The notes under the pieces are model-generated. The model searched no databases. It was given only the letters and a program-made list of their open reading frames with translations, and was not told where the DNA came from. This document shows, in pieces, positions 37,209 to 47,095 of a stretch of 64,000 bases of DNA. The stretch comes from Candidatus Moraniibacteriota bacterium (GTDB taxonomy: Bacteria > Patescibacteriota > Minisyncoccia > Moranbacterales > UBA1568), in the NCBI GenBank assembly GCA_016699425.1, contig CP064975.1, forward strand, positions 1,149,369 to 1,213,368, written 5' to 3'. Within the stretch, counting starts at the first letter, position 1; every line of letters begins with the position of its first letter. A program made the position numbers and the translations under genes.

Positions 37209-39494
37209 ATGAAAAAAACAATACTCTCCGTATCGGGAATGCACTGTGCCAGCTGTGCCGCCATCATCACGAAATCCCTCCAGAAGATTGAAGGCATTGC
37301 TGAAGTGCAGGTGAATTATGCCACCGAGACGGCAAGCATTTCATACGAGCAGCCGAGCCCGCCAGTTGAGGCCATGAATGAAGCCGTCACAAAGTATGGC
37401 TATAGCCTCAGTCGACGGGAAGCCATCCAGTCAGTTACGTCTACGGCCGAGCATGGGGAACATGTTCCGTCAGTAGGGGGCGGCCACGATCACTCCCTCA
37501 ATGTAGCTGAGTTAGCTGGCCAGCGCGCTAAAACGGAATTCGTATTTCCGCTCGCACTTACTGTCTTCATCATCATGATGTGGGATATCGCAGCCAAGTC
37601 GTTTGCTACTGTTCCGAATCTGCCGCTCCCGATGGAAATTTTTAATGTCGTTTCGCTTGTTCTCGCCACGATCGTGATGTTCTGGATTGGCCAACCATTC
37701 ATTGCTGGCGTTATCCGGTTTATCCGGTATCGTGTTGCCAATATGGATACACTCGTCGGCATCGGGACGCTCTCGGCGTATTTGTACAGCGCTATCGTCA
37801 CGCTTTTGCCTGTGGTGCGTGAGCGGTTTCAACTGCCGGACTACACGTACTTCGATGTCGTTATTGTCGTCATCGGTTTCGTCACCCTTGGTAAATATCT
37901 CGAGGCCCGTTCGAAAGAGAAGACGGGCGAAGCTATCAAAAAACTGCTTAATCTCCAAGCGAAAACGGCACTCGTTTTGCGTGATGGCAAGGAGAAAGAG
38001 ATTCCGGTAAATGAGGTGGTTGTTGGTGACACGGTTATCGTGAAGCCGGGAAGCAAGATCCCAGTCGATGGGAAAATCATCGAAGGCAAGACTTCGGTAG
38101 ATGAGTCAATGATCACGGGAGAGTCGATGCCGACAGATAAGATCGTCGGTGATATGGTTATCGGTGCAACCATCAATAAGCAGGGAAATATTCAGCTCAC
38201 CGCGACCAAGATTGGAACTGACACCATGCTTTCTCAGATTATCCACATGGTGGAGGAGGCCCAGGGTTCAAAAGCGCCAATTCAGGCTACCGCGGATAGA
38301 ATATCGGGTATCTTTGTGCCGGTAGTTCTGGGTATCGCTCTGGCCGCTCTCCTCGCGTGGATTGTGATCGGTTCGTTTTTCATTGGCCAGACACTCGCCA
38401 TTTCTTACGGACTACTCTCATTTGTCGGGGTGTTGGTGATTGCGTGCCCCTGCGCGCTTGGTCTCGCTACTCCCACAGCGATCATTGTCGGAGTCGGTAA
38501 AGGGGCGCAGTACGGCATCTTGGTGAAGGACGCGGAGAGTCTTGAGCTCCTCAGTCAGGTCGATACGGTAGTTTTTGACAAGACAGGCACTATTACCAAA
38601 GGTGAGCCCTCGGTGACAGATATTGTTGTCCTCGATAGTCACTATACGGAGCAGCAAATCGTCGTATTTGCCGGGAGCGTTGAAAAGAAATCAGAACATC
38701 CGCTCTCGGCGGCGATTGTTGCACGAGTCAAGGAAATGGGGTTGGATTTTGCGCCGACCGAGAACTTCCAGGCACTTGAGGGAGTGGGCGTCCAGGCACA
38801 TGTTCTAGACGCACAAGTTTCTATTCACAAGCCGGAGAAGAATAACCAGGATTCAGGACTTCGAACCCTTCAATCCGAAGGGAAGACAGTCGTTGTCGTC
38901 GAGGTGGATGGCAAGGATGTAGCGTTCATCGCTCTTGCAGACACTCTAAAAGAGGAAGCAGTCACCGCTGTCGCTTTACTTCGAAAAAAAGGGATTCGGA
39001 CCATTATGCTGAGCGGGGATAATCAGATCGTGGCTAATCAGATTGCTAAAGAAGCCGGGATCGATACGGTTATCGCTGAAGTCCTGCCCAATGAGAAGGC
39101 GGGAAAAATTCGCGAACTGCAGGTATCGGGGAATGTCGTTGCGATGGTGGGTGATGGGATTAATGATGCCCCGGCCCTGGTTCAAGCGAATGTAGGAATT
39201 GCCATGGCAACCGGAACGGATATCGCGATCGAGTCAGCGGGGGTGACGGTGCTCCATGGCGACTTGCACCGAGTTGTTCAGGCAATTGAGCTCTCGCGGG
39301 CGACGATTCGAACAGTGAAGCAAAATCTCTTCTGGGCGTTCGTCTATAATGTCATCGGTATTCCGGTAGCCGCGGGATTATTGTATCCGCTTTGGGGTAT
39401 TATCTTGAACCCGGTGTTTGCCGGACTCGCGATGGCATTCTCTAGCGTATCGGTGGTTGGAAACTCACTCCGGTTAAAAACGAAAAAACTCTAA
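37209..39494 (+). CDS. copA: Copper-translocating P1B-type ATPase
   Basis: N-terminal HMA (GMHCASCA), [18 protein letters not shown]. Confidence 0.9.
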   Translation: MKKTILSVSGMHCASCAAIITKSLQKIEGIAEVQVNYATETASISYEQPSPPVEAMNEAVTKYGYSLSRREAIQSVTSTAEHGEHVPSVGGGHDHSLNVAELAGQRAKTEFVFPLALTVFIIMMWDIAAKSFATVPNLPLPMEIFNVVSLVLATIVMFWIGQPFIAGVIRFIRYRVANMDTLVGIGTLSAYLYSAIVTLLPVVRERFQLPDYTYFDVVIVVIGFVTLGKYLEARSKEKTGEAIKKLLNLQAKTALVLRDGKEKEIPVNEVVVGDTVIVKPGSKIPVDGKIIEGKTSVDESMITGESMPTDKIVGDMVIGATINKQGNIQLTATKIGTDTMLSQIIHMVEEAQGSKAPIQATADRISGIFVPVVLGIALAALLAWIVIGSFFIGQTLAISYGLLSFVGVLVIACPCALGLATPTAIIVGVGKGAQYGILVKDAESLELLSQVDTVVFDKTGTITKGEPSVTDIVVLDSHYTEQQIVVFAGSVEKKSEHPLSAAIVARVKEMGLDFAPTENFQALEGVGVQAHVLDAQVSIHKPEKNNQDSGLRTLQSEGKTVVVVEVDGKDVAFIALADTLKEEAVTAVALLRKKGIRTIMLSGDNQIVANQIAKEAGIDTVIAEVLPNEKAGKIRELQVSGNVVAMVGDGINDAPALVQANVGIAMATGTDIAIESAGVTVLHGDLHRVVQAIELSRATIRTVKQNLFWAFVYNVIGIPVAAGLLYPLWGIILNPVFAGLAMAFSSVSVVGNSLRLKTKKL

Positions 39495-39503
39495 TTGCAC
39501 CTT

Positions 39504-40526
39504 ATGAATACAACTTACACATTTCACATTTCGGGGATGCACTGTAATGCCTGCATCCTCTTGACGGAAAGCGAACTCCTCGAACATCCGTCGGTCTCCT
39601 CCGCACGATCGAGCTTGAAGACCCATTCGGTCGAAGTCACTGGTGACTTTGGAGCAGCCACCCCGGACGATATCGCACTGAAACTCTCGGCGCTGCTCGA
39701 AAAGCATGGCTATCACCTCTCGACCGAGAAAACTGTCGCCCCGAAAAACTGGGCCGATTTCCGATACGCTCTGCCGATCGCACTGGGATTCGTGGCGCTC
39801 TTCGTAGCGCTCCAGAAAATGGGCATCGTGAATCTCGTCGATACGGGTACGGTCTCTTATGGCACGACCTTTCTCGTAGGCGTCATCGCCTCGCTGTCGA
39901 CCTGCATGGCGGTAGTCGGTGGCCTGGTACTGTCCATGTCGGCGACGTTCGCTAGAGAAGGGGACCGGGTGAAGCCGCAACTCCTGTTCCATAGTGGTCG
40001 ACTCAGCACATTCTTCCTCCTTGGTGGTGTGATCGGGGCGCTGGGCGCGAACTTTTCTCTGAATACTACGGCGACGTTCGTCCTGAGTCTCATCGTCGGT
40101 CTCGTGATGCTTATCCTCGGCATCAATCTCCTCGGAGTGTTCCCGTGGGCGAAGCAGCTCCAGCCGACGATACCGAAGTTTTTGTCCAAACATGCCTATG
40201 GTGTTTCAAAGTTGAACCACACCCTCACGCCGCTCCTGATCGGTGTGGCCACGTTCTTCCTCCCATGCGGTTTCACTCAGTCGATGCAGCTCTATGCTCT
40301 GACGACCGGGAGCTTCATGAGCGGAGCGTTGACGATGTTCGCCTTTGCCCTCGGAACCTTACCCGTCCTTGCTCTCATCAGCTTCAGCTCTTTCAGTATT
40401 CAAGGAAGCGCCAAAGCGGGGATTTTCTTTAAGTCAGCTGGCCTCATTGTGATCTTGTTCGCTCTTATGAATATCACCAACAGTCTCGTCATCGCCGGAC
40501 TCATTCCGCCCGTGTTTAACTTTTAG
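39504..40526 (+). CDS. HMA-domain fused to a polytopic membrane domain (DsbD_2/UreH-like); putative metal transporter or chaperone
   Basis: GMHCNAC HMA motif followed by about 8 TM helices. ATG at 39504 (the ORF track uses TTG at 39495). Confidence 0.55.
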   Translation: MNTTYTFHISGMHCNACILLTESELLEHPSVSSARSSLKTHSVEVTGDFGAATPDDIALKLSALLEKHGYHLSTEKTVAPKNWADFRYALPIALGFVALFVALQKMGIVNLVDTGTVSYGTTFLVGVIASLSTCMAVVGGLVLSMSATFAREGDRVKPQLLFHSGRLSTFFLLGGVIGALGANFSLNTTATFVLSLIVGLVMLILGINLLGVFPWAKQLQPTIPKFLSKHAYGVSKLNHTLTPLLIGVATFFLPCGFTQSMQLYALTTGSFMSGALTMFAFALGTLPVLALISFSSFSIQGSAKAGIFFKSAGLIVILFALMNITNSLVIAGLIPPVFNF

Positions 40527-40536
40527 CTCGAGGACT

Positions 40537-40929
40537 ATGAAAATCATCTTTGGTTTGATCGTCGCCACCGCTGTCATTTTCCTTGGGTATTTGCTCCTGC
40601 AGATGGGCGGGGCGACTCCTCAGGATCAGTCCGTCTCGGTGAGCAATGTCAGTATCGTCGATGGGCAACAGATCGTGGAAATATCAGCCAAGGCTGGGTA
40701 TACTCCGCGCGTGAGTCAGGTGAAGGCTGGACTGCCGACGGTTCTGCGAGTGGATACCCAGGGCACGTTTGACTGCTCTTCTCAGATTCGTGTCCCGAGC
40801 CTGGATATCAGCCGTTCATTACCACCCTCGGGGGTCACGGATATCGCGCTCGGTACACTGGAGCCCGGGGTACTCCAGGGCACCTGCGGGATGGGTATGT
40901 ATCCCTTCGAGCTCAATGTCAAGAACTGA
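40537..40929 (+). CDS. Membrane-anchored cupredoxin-like copper-binding protein
   Basis: N-terminal TM. Cys...Cys-Gly-Met-Gly-Met C-terminus as in Cupredoxin_1-type proteins adjacent to copA. Confidence 0.45.
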   Translation: MKIIFGLIVATAVIFLGYLLLQMGGATPQDQSVSVSNVSIVDGQQIVEISAKAGYTPRVSQVKAGLPTVLRVDTQGTFDCSSQIRVPSLDISRSLPPSGVTDIALGTLEPGVLQGTCGMGMYPFELNVKN

Positions 40930-41010
40930 TTGTGCGAACCACTCTTTTCATTCGGAACCCCGCGAGCTATCAGGGAGGATTGTCCGCCGAGATTCAGTAA
41001 TGATAAAACG

Positions 41011-41042
41011 AAACCCCCCGGAGAGAAGTCCAGGGGGTTTTG
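41011..41042. terminator. Bidirectional Rho-independent terminator between the cop operon and the convergent SWIB gene
   Basis: AAACCCCC-loop-GGGGGTTT with A-run and T-run flanks. Confidence 0.6.
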
Positions 41043-41060
41043 CTTATCCAATTGGATCGA

Positions 41061-41315
41061 CTATGAGAGATGCTTGGAGACAAGCTTCGTCATCTCGAAC
41101 ATGTTCACCACGTCCTTGCCGCCGAAGACCGCCTTGAGGGCTTCGTCCGCATTGATATTGCGCTTGTTCTCCGGGTCTTGGAGATTCTTGCTCTTGATAT
41201 AGACCCAGAGCTGCTTCACCACTTCGGAACGGGGCATGGGCCCGGCACCTACGACTGCTGCGAGTTCGGCACTAATCTTCATCGGCTTCATGAACGCGGA
41301 ATTGCTCGTCGCCAT
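41061..41315 (-). CDS. SWIB/MDM2 domain protein
   Basis: ISAELAAVVG...RSEVVKQLWVYIKSKNLQDPENKRNINADEALKAVFG...VNMFEMTKLVSKHL. ATG at 41315 (the ORF track starts at GTG 41324). Confidence 0.7.
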   Translation of the reverse strand: MATSNSAFMKPMKISAELAAVVGAGPMPRSEVVKQLWVYIKSKNLQDPENKRNINADEALKAVFGGKDVVNMFEMTKLVSKHLS

Positions 41316-41435
41316 AAAATCCACTATTTAGGGGTTACGGGACCCATTATACACCTTTTCCAGGAAAAGCGATGCCCAGGCCTGTCTGGGTGGCTGTGTG
41401 GTAGAGTAAAGTCACTACCCTTAGCATCAACTATT

Positions 41436-42632
41436 ATGAGTGTCGAGGAACGGATTGTCATCAATGACATGGCGGGCGAGAGTCAGATGGACTATATCAT
41501 CCAAGAGGCGGCCCGGCGGGGAACATCAGATATTCATATCGATCCCTTGCCGAATGAAGTGCTCGTCCGCTTCCGTATCGACGGTGTGCTCCAGGAGGCG
41601 AAGCGTTTCCCTCGGGAGCATCTCGATCATGTTATCAATCAGCTCAAGGTACTTTCGAATCTCGAAATTGGGGCCGTCCGTCTTCCTGAGGACGGACATT
41701 TCTCTGCCCGACTGACCGATGATCACACCGTGTCCAACCGGGTGCTCGATGTAAGAGTCTCGATCTTCCCGAGCGTGAACGGGGCAGCTGCCGTGCTTCG
41801 GCTTCTCAATCGTTCCGATATGCTCATCTCATTGGATGAAATATTCGTCGATCCCGAGCTCCGGGCCAAGGTACGAGAGATGACGCTTTCGAGCTATGGC
41901 ATGGTACTCACGACCGGTCCAACGGGTTCGGGCAAGACCACCTCACTCTATGCGATGCTCATGGAGACAAACCGCCAGGAGCGCAATATCCTCACGCTCG
42001 AAGACCCGGTCGAGATGTATTTCGACGACATGCGTCAGAGTCAGATCCATCCGGAAATTGGCTTCTCGTTTTCCAAGGGAATGAAGAGTATCCTCCGTCA
42101 AGATCCAGACGTGATCATGATCGGCGAAATTCGGGATGCGGAAACTGCCGAGTATGCTGTCCAGGCATCGCTCACGGGCCGACTTGTCTATTCGACACTT
42201 CACGCGAACACCACGATCGGCGCGATTGCTCGGATGATCGATATGGACATCGAACGCGGACTCATCGCGTACGCCGTCCGGGGGATCATCACGCAGCGGC
42301 TCGTTCGCAAGATCTGCACGGCGTGTAGTGCGCCAGATCCCAATCCGCGGACCGAATTCCTCACCTTCCTCGGACTCGGTGGGATGGACATCGCATACCA
42401 GAGAGGTGCGGGCTGTGCGGCCTGCGACGGTACAGGGTATCATGGCCGCGCGGGTATCTTCGAGGTACTGACTTTTGATGACAACTTGCGGGCGATGATT
42501 GTCGACAAGGCATCGATGAGCGATCTCCAGGCATACGCAGTCCAGTCCGGGATGCGGACACTGCGTCAAAACGCGATCAATCTCGTCTCATCTGGCATCA
42601 CGACGGTCGAAGAGATCGTGCGTGTTGTTTAG
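41436..42632 (+). CDS. GspE/PilB-family secretion ATPase (second copy; core plus C-terminal zinc-binding domain, no long N-terminal domain)
   Basis: Walker A GPTGSGKTT, Asp/His boxes, CTAC...GCAAC tetracysteine. Start at ATG 41436; the ORF-track 5' extension overlaps the SWIB gene. Confidence 0.8.
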   Translation: MSVEERIVINDMAGESQMDYIIQEAARRGTSDIHIDPLPNEVLVRFRIDGVLQEAKRFPREHLDHVINQLKVLSNLEIGAVRLPEDGHFSARLTDDHTVSNRVLDVRVSIFPSVNGAAAVLRLLNRSDMLISLDEIFVDPELRAKVREMTLSSYGMVLTTGPTGSGKTTSLYAMLMETNRQERNILTLEDPVEMYFDDMRQSQIHPEIGFSFSKGMKSILRQDPDVIMIGEIRDAETAEYAVQASLTGRLVYSTLHANTTIGAIARMIDMDIERGLIAYAVRGIITQRLVRKICTACSAPDPNPRTEFLTFLGLGGMDIAYQRGAGCAACDGTGYHGRAGIFEVLTFDDNLRAMIVDKASMSDLQAYAVQSGMRTLRQNAINLVSSGITTVEEIVRVV

Positions 42633-42678
42633 TAGTGAGACTCTACGTTTTTGGCGCGTGCTAAAATAGGGGAGTCAT

Positions 42679-44040
42679 ATGGCTCTCATCCGACGTCGCA
42701 GCAAGCTGAAATGGGTCGCCCGGCTTCACTTCTGGGTCATGTTTTTTTCGTTTTTTCTGTACCTCGGTCTTGGCTTTGCACTCGGACATGAATTTCTCTA
42801 TCAGGATATTCGGAAGAAATTTTTCGTATTTGCCGATGATACGATCGTCGTGACAGCTATCGTTCCGGGCCCACCCGCGGTACCGGTCGTGACTGCGACA
42901 CCTGCTTGTGCGGCCTTGGTACCACGTGTCACCCTCGACTGGGCGGAGGATACTGGGACGGTCACCTGGGATATCGATCGTGATGGCTTGCCACTCTCGA
43001 CCGGACTCACCGTCTCTGGCTATACCGATATGGCTGTCGCGGCGAATACGAGCTATACCTATCAGGTGACGGCCTATGGCCCGATGTCTCCTGGCGTCGC
43101 GATTTCAGCGCTGGTTTCGGTGACGACGCTCGACTGCGCGAGTATCGCTCCGGTCACGGTCACGATTGAGACTCTGGGCGGGAAAAACGTCACGCCGGGG
43201 AACCGCGGAAATACGGATCTCTCCAAACGCCGGCCCAAGGTGACTGGGACGACCAATACCCCGTATGCCATCATCGATATCGTGGTGACCAATCCGACTA
43301 TCCGGGCTCGGATACTGGCCAATGCCAATGGGTATTTCGAATGGATTCCGCCAATCGGACTCGACACGGGAAACCATATTCTGAGCGTGACGGCCACTGA
43401 CCCAAACGATGCGAACCGGAGCGGCACGGACAGTCTCCTCTTTTGGACCAAGAATGTGAGTGGCCGAGCGGGAGGGAAAGGGGAGACGCCACCCATTTCG
43501 GTCGAACGGCACGACGCTTTCGATTTTGCGATCACCATTAGAAATCCTGAGAAAACACTCTTCCAAGAAGAAGCGCTCACTGTGGATATCGTCGCACGAT
43601 CGGGGGTCTTCCCCGAGGCCTCCATCGGCCAGTCAGTCCTGAATGATCCGACTCGGCGGGACGTGTTGCGGCTTGGGTCGGTTGACCCGAGTGGGGCAGC
43701 TGGGACGACAATCGAGTCGCAAATCCCGCTGTATCTCGAACCAGGCACGTATCGGGTGCGGGTGGACATCATGATTGATGGCGAGATCATCAGTCGCGAA
43801 GACGCATTTACTCTGAAAGGATTGCCACTCCTCACGGTCGCCGGCCGCGAGGTGAGCTATGCAGAAGTCGCGAGCTATATCGGGACGCTCTTTTTCCTCC
43901 TCCTGTTCCTTCTCTTCTTCTTTCTCCTGTTCTTCATTCGCGAATACTGGCTCTATCTCCATAGTCTGCGGGCGATTACCGAGCGGCAGCTGGCACGGAT
44001 CGGTTTCTTCGGGCCAAGAAAGGGGGTGACCCGGTCATGA
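42679..44040 (+). CDS. Membrane protein with Ig/FN3-like extracellular domains and a C-terminal TM
   Basis: N-terminal and C-terminal hydrophobic helices. Beta-sandwich-like repeats (YTYQVTAYG..., NGYFEWIPP...ILSVTATD). Confidence 0.45.
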   Translation: MALIRRRSKLKWVARLHFWVMFFSFFLYLGLGFALGHEFLYQDIRKKFFVFADDTIVVTAIVPGPPAVPVVTATPACAALVPRVTLDWAEDTGTVTWDIDRDGLPLSTGLTVSGYTDMAVAANTSYTYQVTAYGPMSPGVAISALVSVTTLDCASIAPVTVTIETLGGKNVTPGNRGNTDLSKRRPKVTGTTNTPYAIIDIVVTNPTIRARILANANGYFEWIPPIGLDTGNHILSVTATDPNDANRSGTDSLLFWTKNVSGRAGGKGETPPISVERHDAFDFAITIRNPEKTLFQEEALTVDIVARSGVFPEASIGQSVLNDPTRRDVLRLGSVDPSGAAGTTIESQIPLYLEPGTYRVRVDIMIDGEIISREDAFTLKGLPLLTVAGREVSYAEVASYIGTLFFLLLFLLFFFLLFFIREYWLYLHSLRAITERQLARIGFFGPRKGVTRS

Positions 44041-44372
44041 CAGATTTCCTCTTACTCTTTCTTTCATTTCTGACAGTGACCTCGCTCCTCTTGTCACTCG
44101 TGTTTGTCGTCGGTATCGTCTGGCGGGTGGAGCTGGAACTCGACTTGTCTTTCAAGTTCTTTTCCTTTGCGGTGATTTTCCTCCTCGCAGCCGAGGTACT
44201 CGACCTCTTGCCTGTGACACGGCTTGCACCATGGTGGTCAGTAGCGCTCCCCGTGGTGAAACTCTGCATCGCGGCGAATCTCCTCCTCGGACTGTTCTTC
44301 ATGCGCGACCTCATTCGTCGCATGGACGGAGAGAAAGAATCATCTGCGAGGGTCGTTCCAGAGCGGCGCTAG
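44037..44372 (+). CDS. Small integral membrane protein
   Basis: ATGA overlap with the upstream gene. Three predicted TM helices. Confidence 0.4.
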   Translation: MTDFLLLFLSFLTVTSLLLSLVFVVGIVWRVELELDLSFKFFSFAVIFLLAAEVLDLLPVTRLAPWWSVALPVVKLCIAANLLLGLFFMRDLIRRMDGEKESSARVVPERR

Positions 44373-44527
44373 GAACTCCTCCCTCAAACCCGTCCCTGAA
44401 TCAGAAACGCTGCAGAGTTTCTGGTGTCTGATTGTTTCGTCTTGCTTCAAGTCGGTGCGCTTGGTACCATGGTTGCTGTGGTGTGCTTCTGTCCGACGGG
44501 ACATTTTTTTATTGGTCCAGATTGCTT

Positions 44528-44926
44528 ATGCCTACTCAACAAGATCAGTCGAAGCGGGTACGCGTGAAACGGACGGGAATTGGACTTGGTCTTTTTGCTG
44601 CGGCTAATTTTAAACGACACGAAACCATCATCGAGTACATCGGCGAGCGGATACCGACGAGCGTCGGCGACGAGCGAGACAATCGCTATATTTTCAATGT
44701 GAGTTCACGCTTCGATATCGATGGCAGTGCGCGGCATAATACGGCGCGCTACACCAATCATTCGTGCCGTCCCAACTGTGATGCGATCAATCGGCGGGGC
44801 CGGATCTTCATCGTCGCCAGGAAACAGATCGCACTCGGCGAGGAAATCACCTTCCATTATGGTAAGGACCACTTCGAGGGGTATATCAAACCAGCTGGCT
44901 GTAAGTGTAAGAAATGTATCGCCTAG
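44528..44926 (+). CDS. SET-domain protein (putative protein-lysine methyltransferase)
   Basis: NHSCRPNC motif, post-SET Cys cluster (CKCKKC), FHYG. Confidence 0.8.
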   Translation: MPTQQDQSKRVRVKRTGIGLGLFAAANFKRHETIIEYIGERIPTSVGDERDNRYIFNVSSRFDIDGSARHNTARYTNHSCRPNCDAINRRGRIFIVARKQIALGEEITFHYGKDHFEGYIKPAGCKCKKCIA

Positions 44927-45000
44927 GGAGTCTAGTTTGGCGCGTATCCGAGAAGACAATTAGTGGCAGCCGATCTTTTCGTTGACGGATTCACGTATCT

Positions 45001-45747
45001 GTGGCATGCTCCGGGAACTATGGAAGAACAAATCCCCTTCCCGTCCGCATCAACCGGTATCTCGCTCTCCGTGGGCTTACGACGCGCAAGGCGGCCGATG
45101 GGTTGATCGCGGCTGGTCGGGTGTTTGTCAACGGTCAGCTGGCGACGCTTGGTATGCGGGTGAATGCCGAGGACCAGATTGAGGTCCGGGGTGAAGCCCG
45201 GAGCAAGCCCTATCGCTACATCGTGTACTACAAGCCGCGCGGCATCATCACGCATTCACCGGTGAAGCGAGAAAAAAGTATCGCCGACATCTACCCAGAA
45301 AAGGGAGTCTTCCCCATCGGCCGACTCGACAAGGCGTCCGAAGGGCTCATGCTCTTGACCGATGATGGTCGTGTCACCGAACGACTGCTCCATCCGCGCT
45401 TTGTCCATGAGAAAGAATATGAAGTGACACTTCAGGAAACAGTCGCTTCCGGTATCGAGGAGAAACTCGTGCGCGGCATCGAGAGTGAAGGGGAACGTCT
45501 CCAGGCCAAACGCGTGAAGGTGCTCAATCGCTCCGAACTCTCGATCGTCCTCACTGAAGGTAAAAAACATCAGATCCGACGCATGCTCTCGGCGCTCCAT
45601 CTCACTGTGAAAGCCTTAAAGCGCGTCCGTATCATGGATCTCCGAATTGGATCGCTCATCCCAGGGGAGGGACGACAGCTCACCCGTCCGGAAGCAGCAG
45701 CATTTCTCGCCGCCCTCGGTATCCCTGAGGCGGGCACCCGACGGTAA
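45001..45747 (+). CDS. Pseudouridine synthase (RsuA/RluB family)
   Basis: S4 domain (RINRYLALRGLTTRKAADGLIAAGRVFVNG) and catalytic FPIGRLDKASEGLMLLTDDG. GTG start; the true start is uncertain. Confidence 0.8.
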   Translation: MACSGNYGRTNPLPVRINRYLALRGLTTRKAADGLIAAGRVFVNGQLATLGMRVNAEDQIEVRGEARSKPYRYIVYYKPRGIITHSPVKREKSIADIYPEKGVFPIGRLDKASEGLMLLTDDGRVTERLLHPRFVHEKEYEVTLQETVASGIEEKLVRGIESEGERLQAKRVKVLNRSELSIVLTEGKKHQIRRMLSALHLTVKALKRVRIMDLRIGSLIPGEGRQLTRPEAAAFLAALGIPEAGTRR

Positions 45748-45873
45748 CCGGAGTATCGCCCGGGGCACAGGCTTGACAGAGGGAGTATAAACCTGATTAA
45801 ATGGGATTCCGTCCTGAAAGAGAGACCCTGCTTCTTATTTTGTGGGATTTGGTCCCGTTTTCCGTTTTCAGTT

Positions 45874-46656
45874 ATGTCTGACCGCCGGCTCTCAGTCATC
45901 ATCCCCACACTCAATGAGCGGGGGAATATCGAACCGCTCCTCCGGCGCCTGAGTGATTTTTTGACGCATCATCAGTATGTCTGGGAGGCGATTGTGGTTG
46001 ATGATCGATCAACCGATGGGACGTTTCAAAAATTAGAACGGTTGCAAGAGGAGGGTCTTCCTATCCGTCCGTTTCGAAAGATTGGTTGCCGAGGCAAGGC
46101 ATACTCGCTTCTCGAAGGATTTGAACGGGCGCAGTTTGATAACATCGCTATTTTGGACGCGGACCTCCAGTGTCCACCCGAGGCAATCGGTCCGATGTTT
46201 GAGTATCTTCTCTCGGGTACGGACGTTATCGTTGCGAATCGGAGCAATGCTGTTGGAAACCCATGCCGTCGAATGGCGAGCTGGATTTTTCAGGAAGTCT
46301 TCGCTCGGCGGTTGAATGGCCTTCAAGTAGATTCACAGTCAGGACTGAAGCTCTTCCGCCGCTCGGTGTTAGAGTCAGTGACGCTTGCTCCATCCCCGTG
46401 GACCTTTGACATGGAATTCCTTTTGAAGGCACAGCTCGCGGGGTATGCTGTGAGAGGGTATACGGTTGATTTCTCTGAACGGAACTCTGGCGAATCGAAG
46501 ATCAGTCTCTGGAGTGCTTCGGTCGAGATCGCGTGGAATGCGCTTTCCCTCTGGTATCAGCATCGGCTTCCGGTACTGGCACGTTCTGTGGGCGCCGGAC
46601 TTCTGGGAAAGGGGAGGCGGCTCACGGGACTGATCAGTAATCGTCGCCTGTTTTAA
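45874..46656 (+). CDS. GT2 polyprenyl-phosphate sugar synthase (DPM1/GtrB-like)
   Basis: LSVIIPTLNE...VVDDRSTDGT...ILDADLQ. Confidence 0.8.
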   Translation: MSDRRLSVIIPTLNERGNIEPLLRRLSDFLTHHQYVWEAIVVDDRSTDGTFQKLERLQEEGLPIRPFRKIGCRGKAYSLLEGFERAQFDNIAILDADLQCPPEAIGPMFEYLLSGTDVIVANRSNAVGNPCRRMASWIFQEVFARRLNGLQVDSQSGLKLFRRSVLESVTLAPSPWTFDMEFLLKAQLAGYAVRGYTVDFSERNSGESKISLWSASVEIAWNALSLWYQHRLPVLARSVGAGLLGKGRRLTGLISNRRLF

Positions 46657-46669
46657 GTAACATCTTTGT

Positions 46670-47095
46670 ATGTCCAATCAACAGCCACTCGTGCTCCCGA
46701 TCATCAACATTGCTCTTCCGAGGACGCTTATCCTCTACTTCTTCATTGGCTCGAGCGCAGCCCTCGTTGATGTGGTCGGGTTTTTCCTCCTGTTCAATAC
46801 CTATGGGATACCGGCAGTAGTTGCGACGGCAATTTCTGTTTCCCTCGCGACGATCTACTCATTTGTGCTCAACGCGAAATATAACTTTAAGGTCAGCGAT
46901 CGTCTGGGGATGCGTCTCGTCCTCTTCTCTCTGGTCAGCGGCGCTGGACTTCTCCTCTCAGCTCTCGCGCTGTATGTCGCGCATGATATGTACGGAATCA
47001 ACGGAAACATCGTGAAGATCGCCTCATTGCCGGTTATTTTTGTGGTGCAGTTCTTGTTGAACAAGCATATTTCATTTAAGTCGAATACTTTATGA
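46670..47095 (+). CDS. GtrA-family membrane protein
   Basis: About 140 aa, 4 TM, GtrA-like pattern. Confidence 0.7.
   Translation: MSNQQPLVLPIINIALPRTLILYFFIGSSAALVDVVGFFLLFNTYGIPAVVATAISVSLATIYSFVLNAKYNFKVSDRLGMRLVLFSLVSGAGLLLSALALYVAHDMYGINGNIVKIASLPVIFVVQFLLNKHISFKSNTL

Noticed and set aside
41070-41435. N-terminal 122-aa extension of the GspE-like ATPase ORF
   Set aside because: The extension overlaps the SWIB gene on the opposite strand and has no ATPase homology. A clean ATG with GspE N-terminal sequence starts at 41436.
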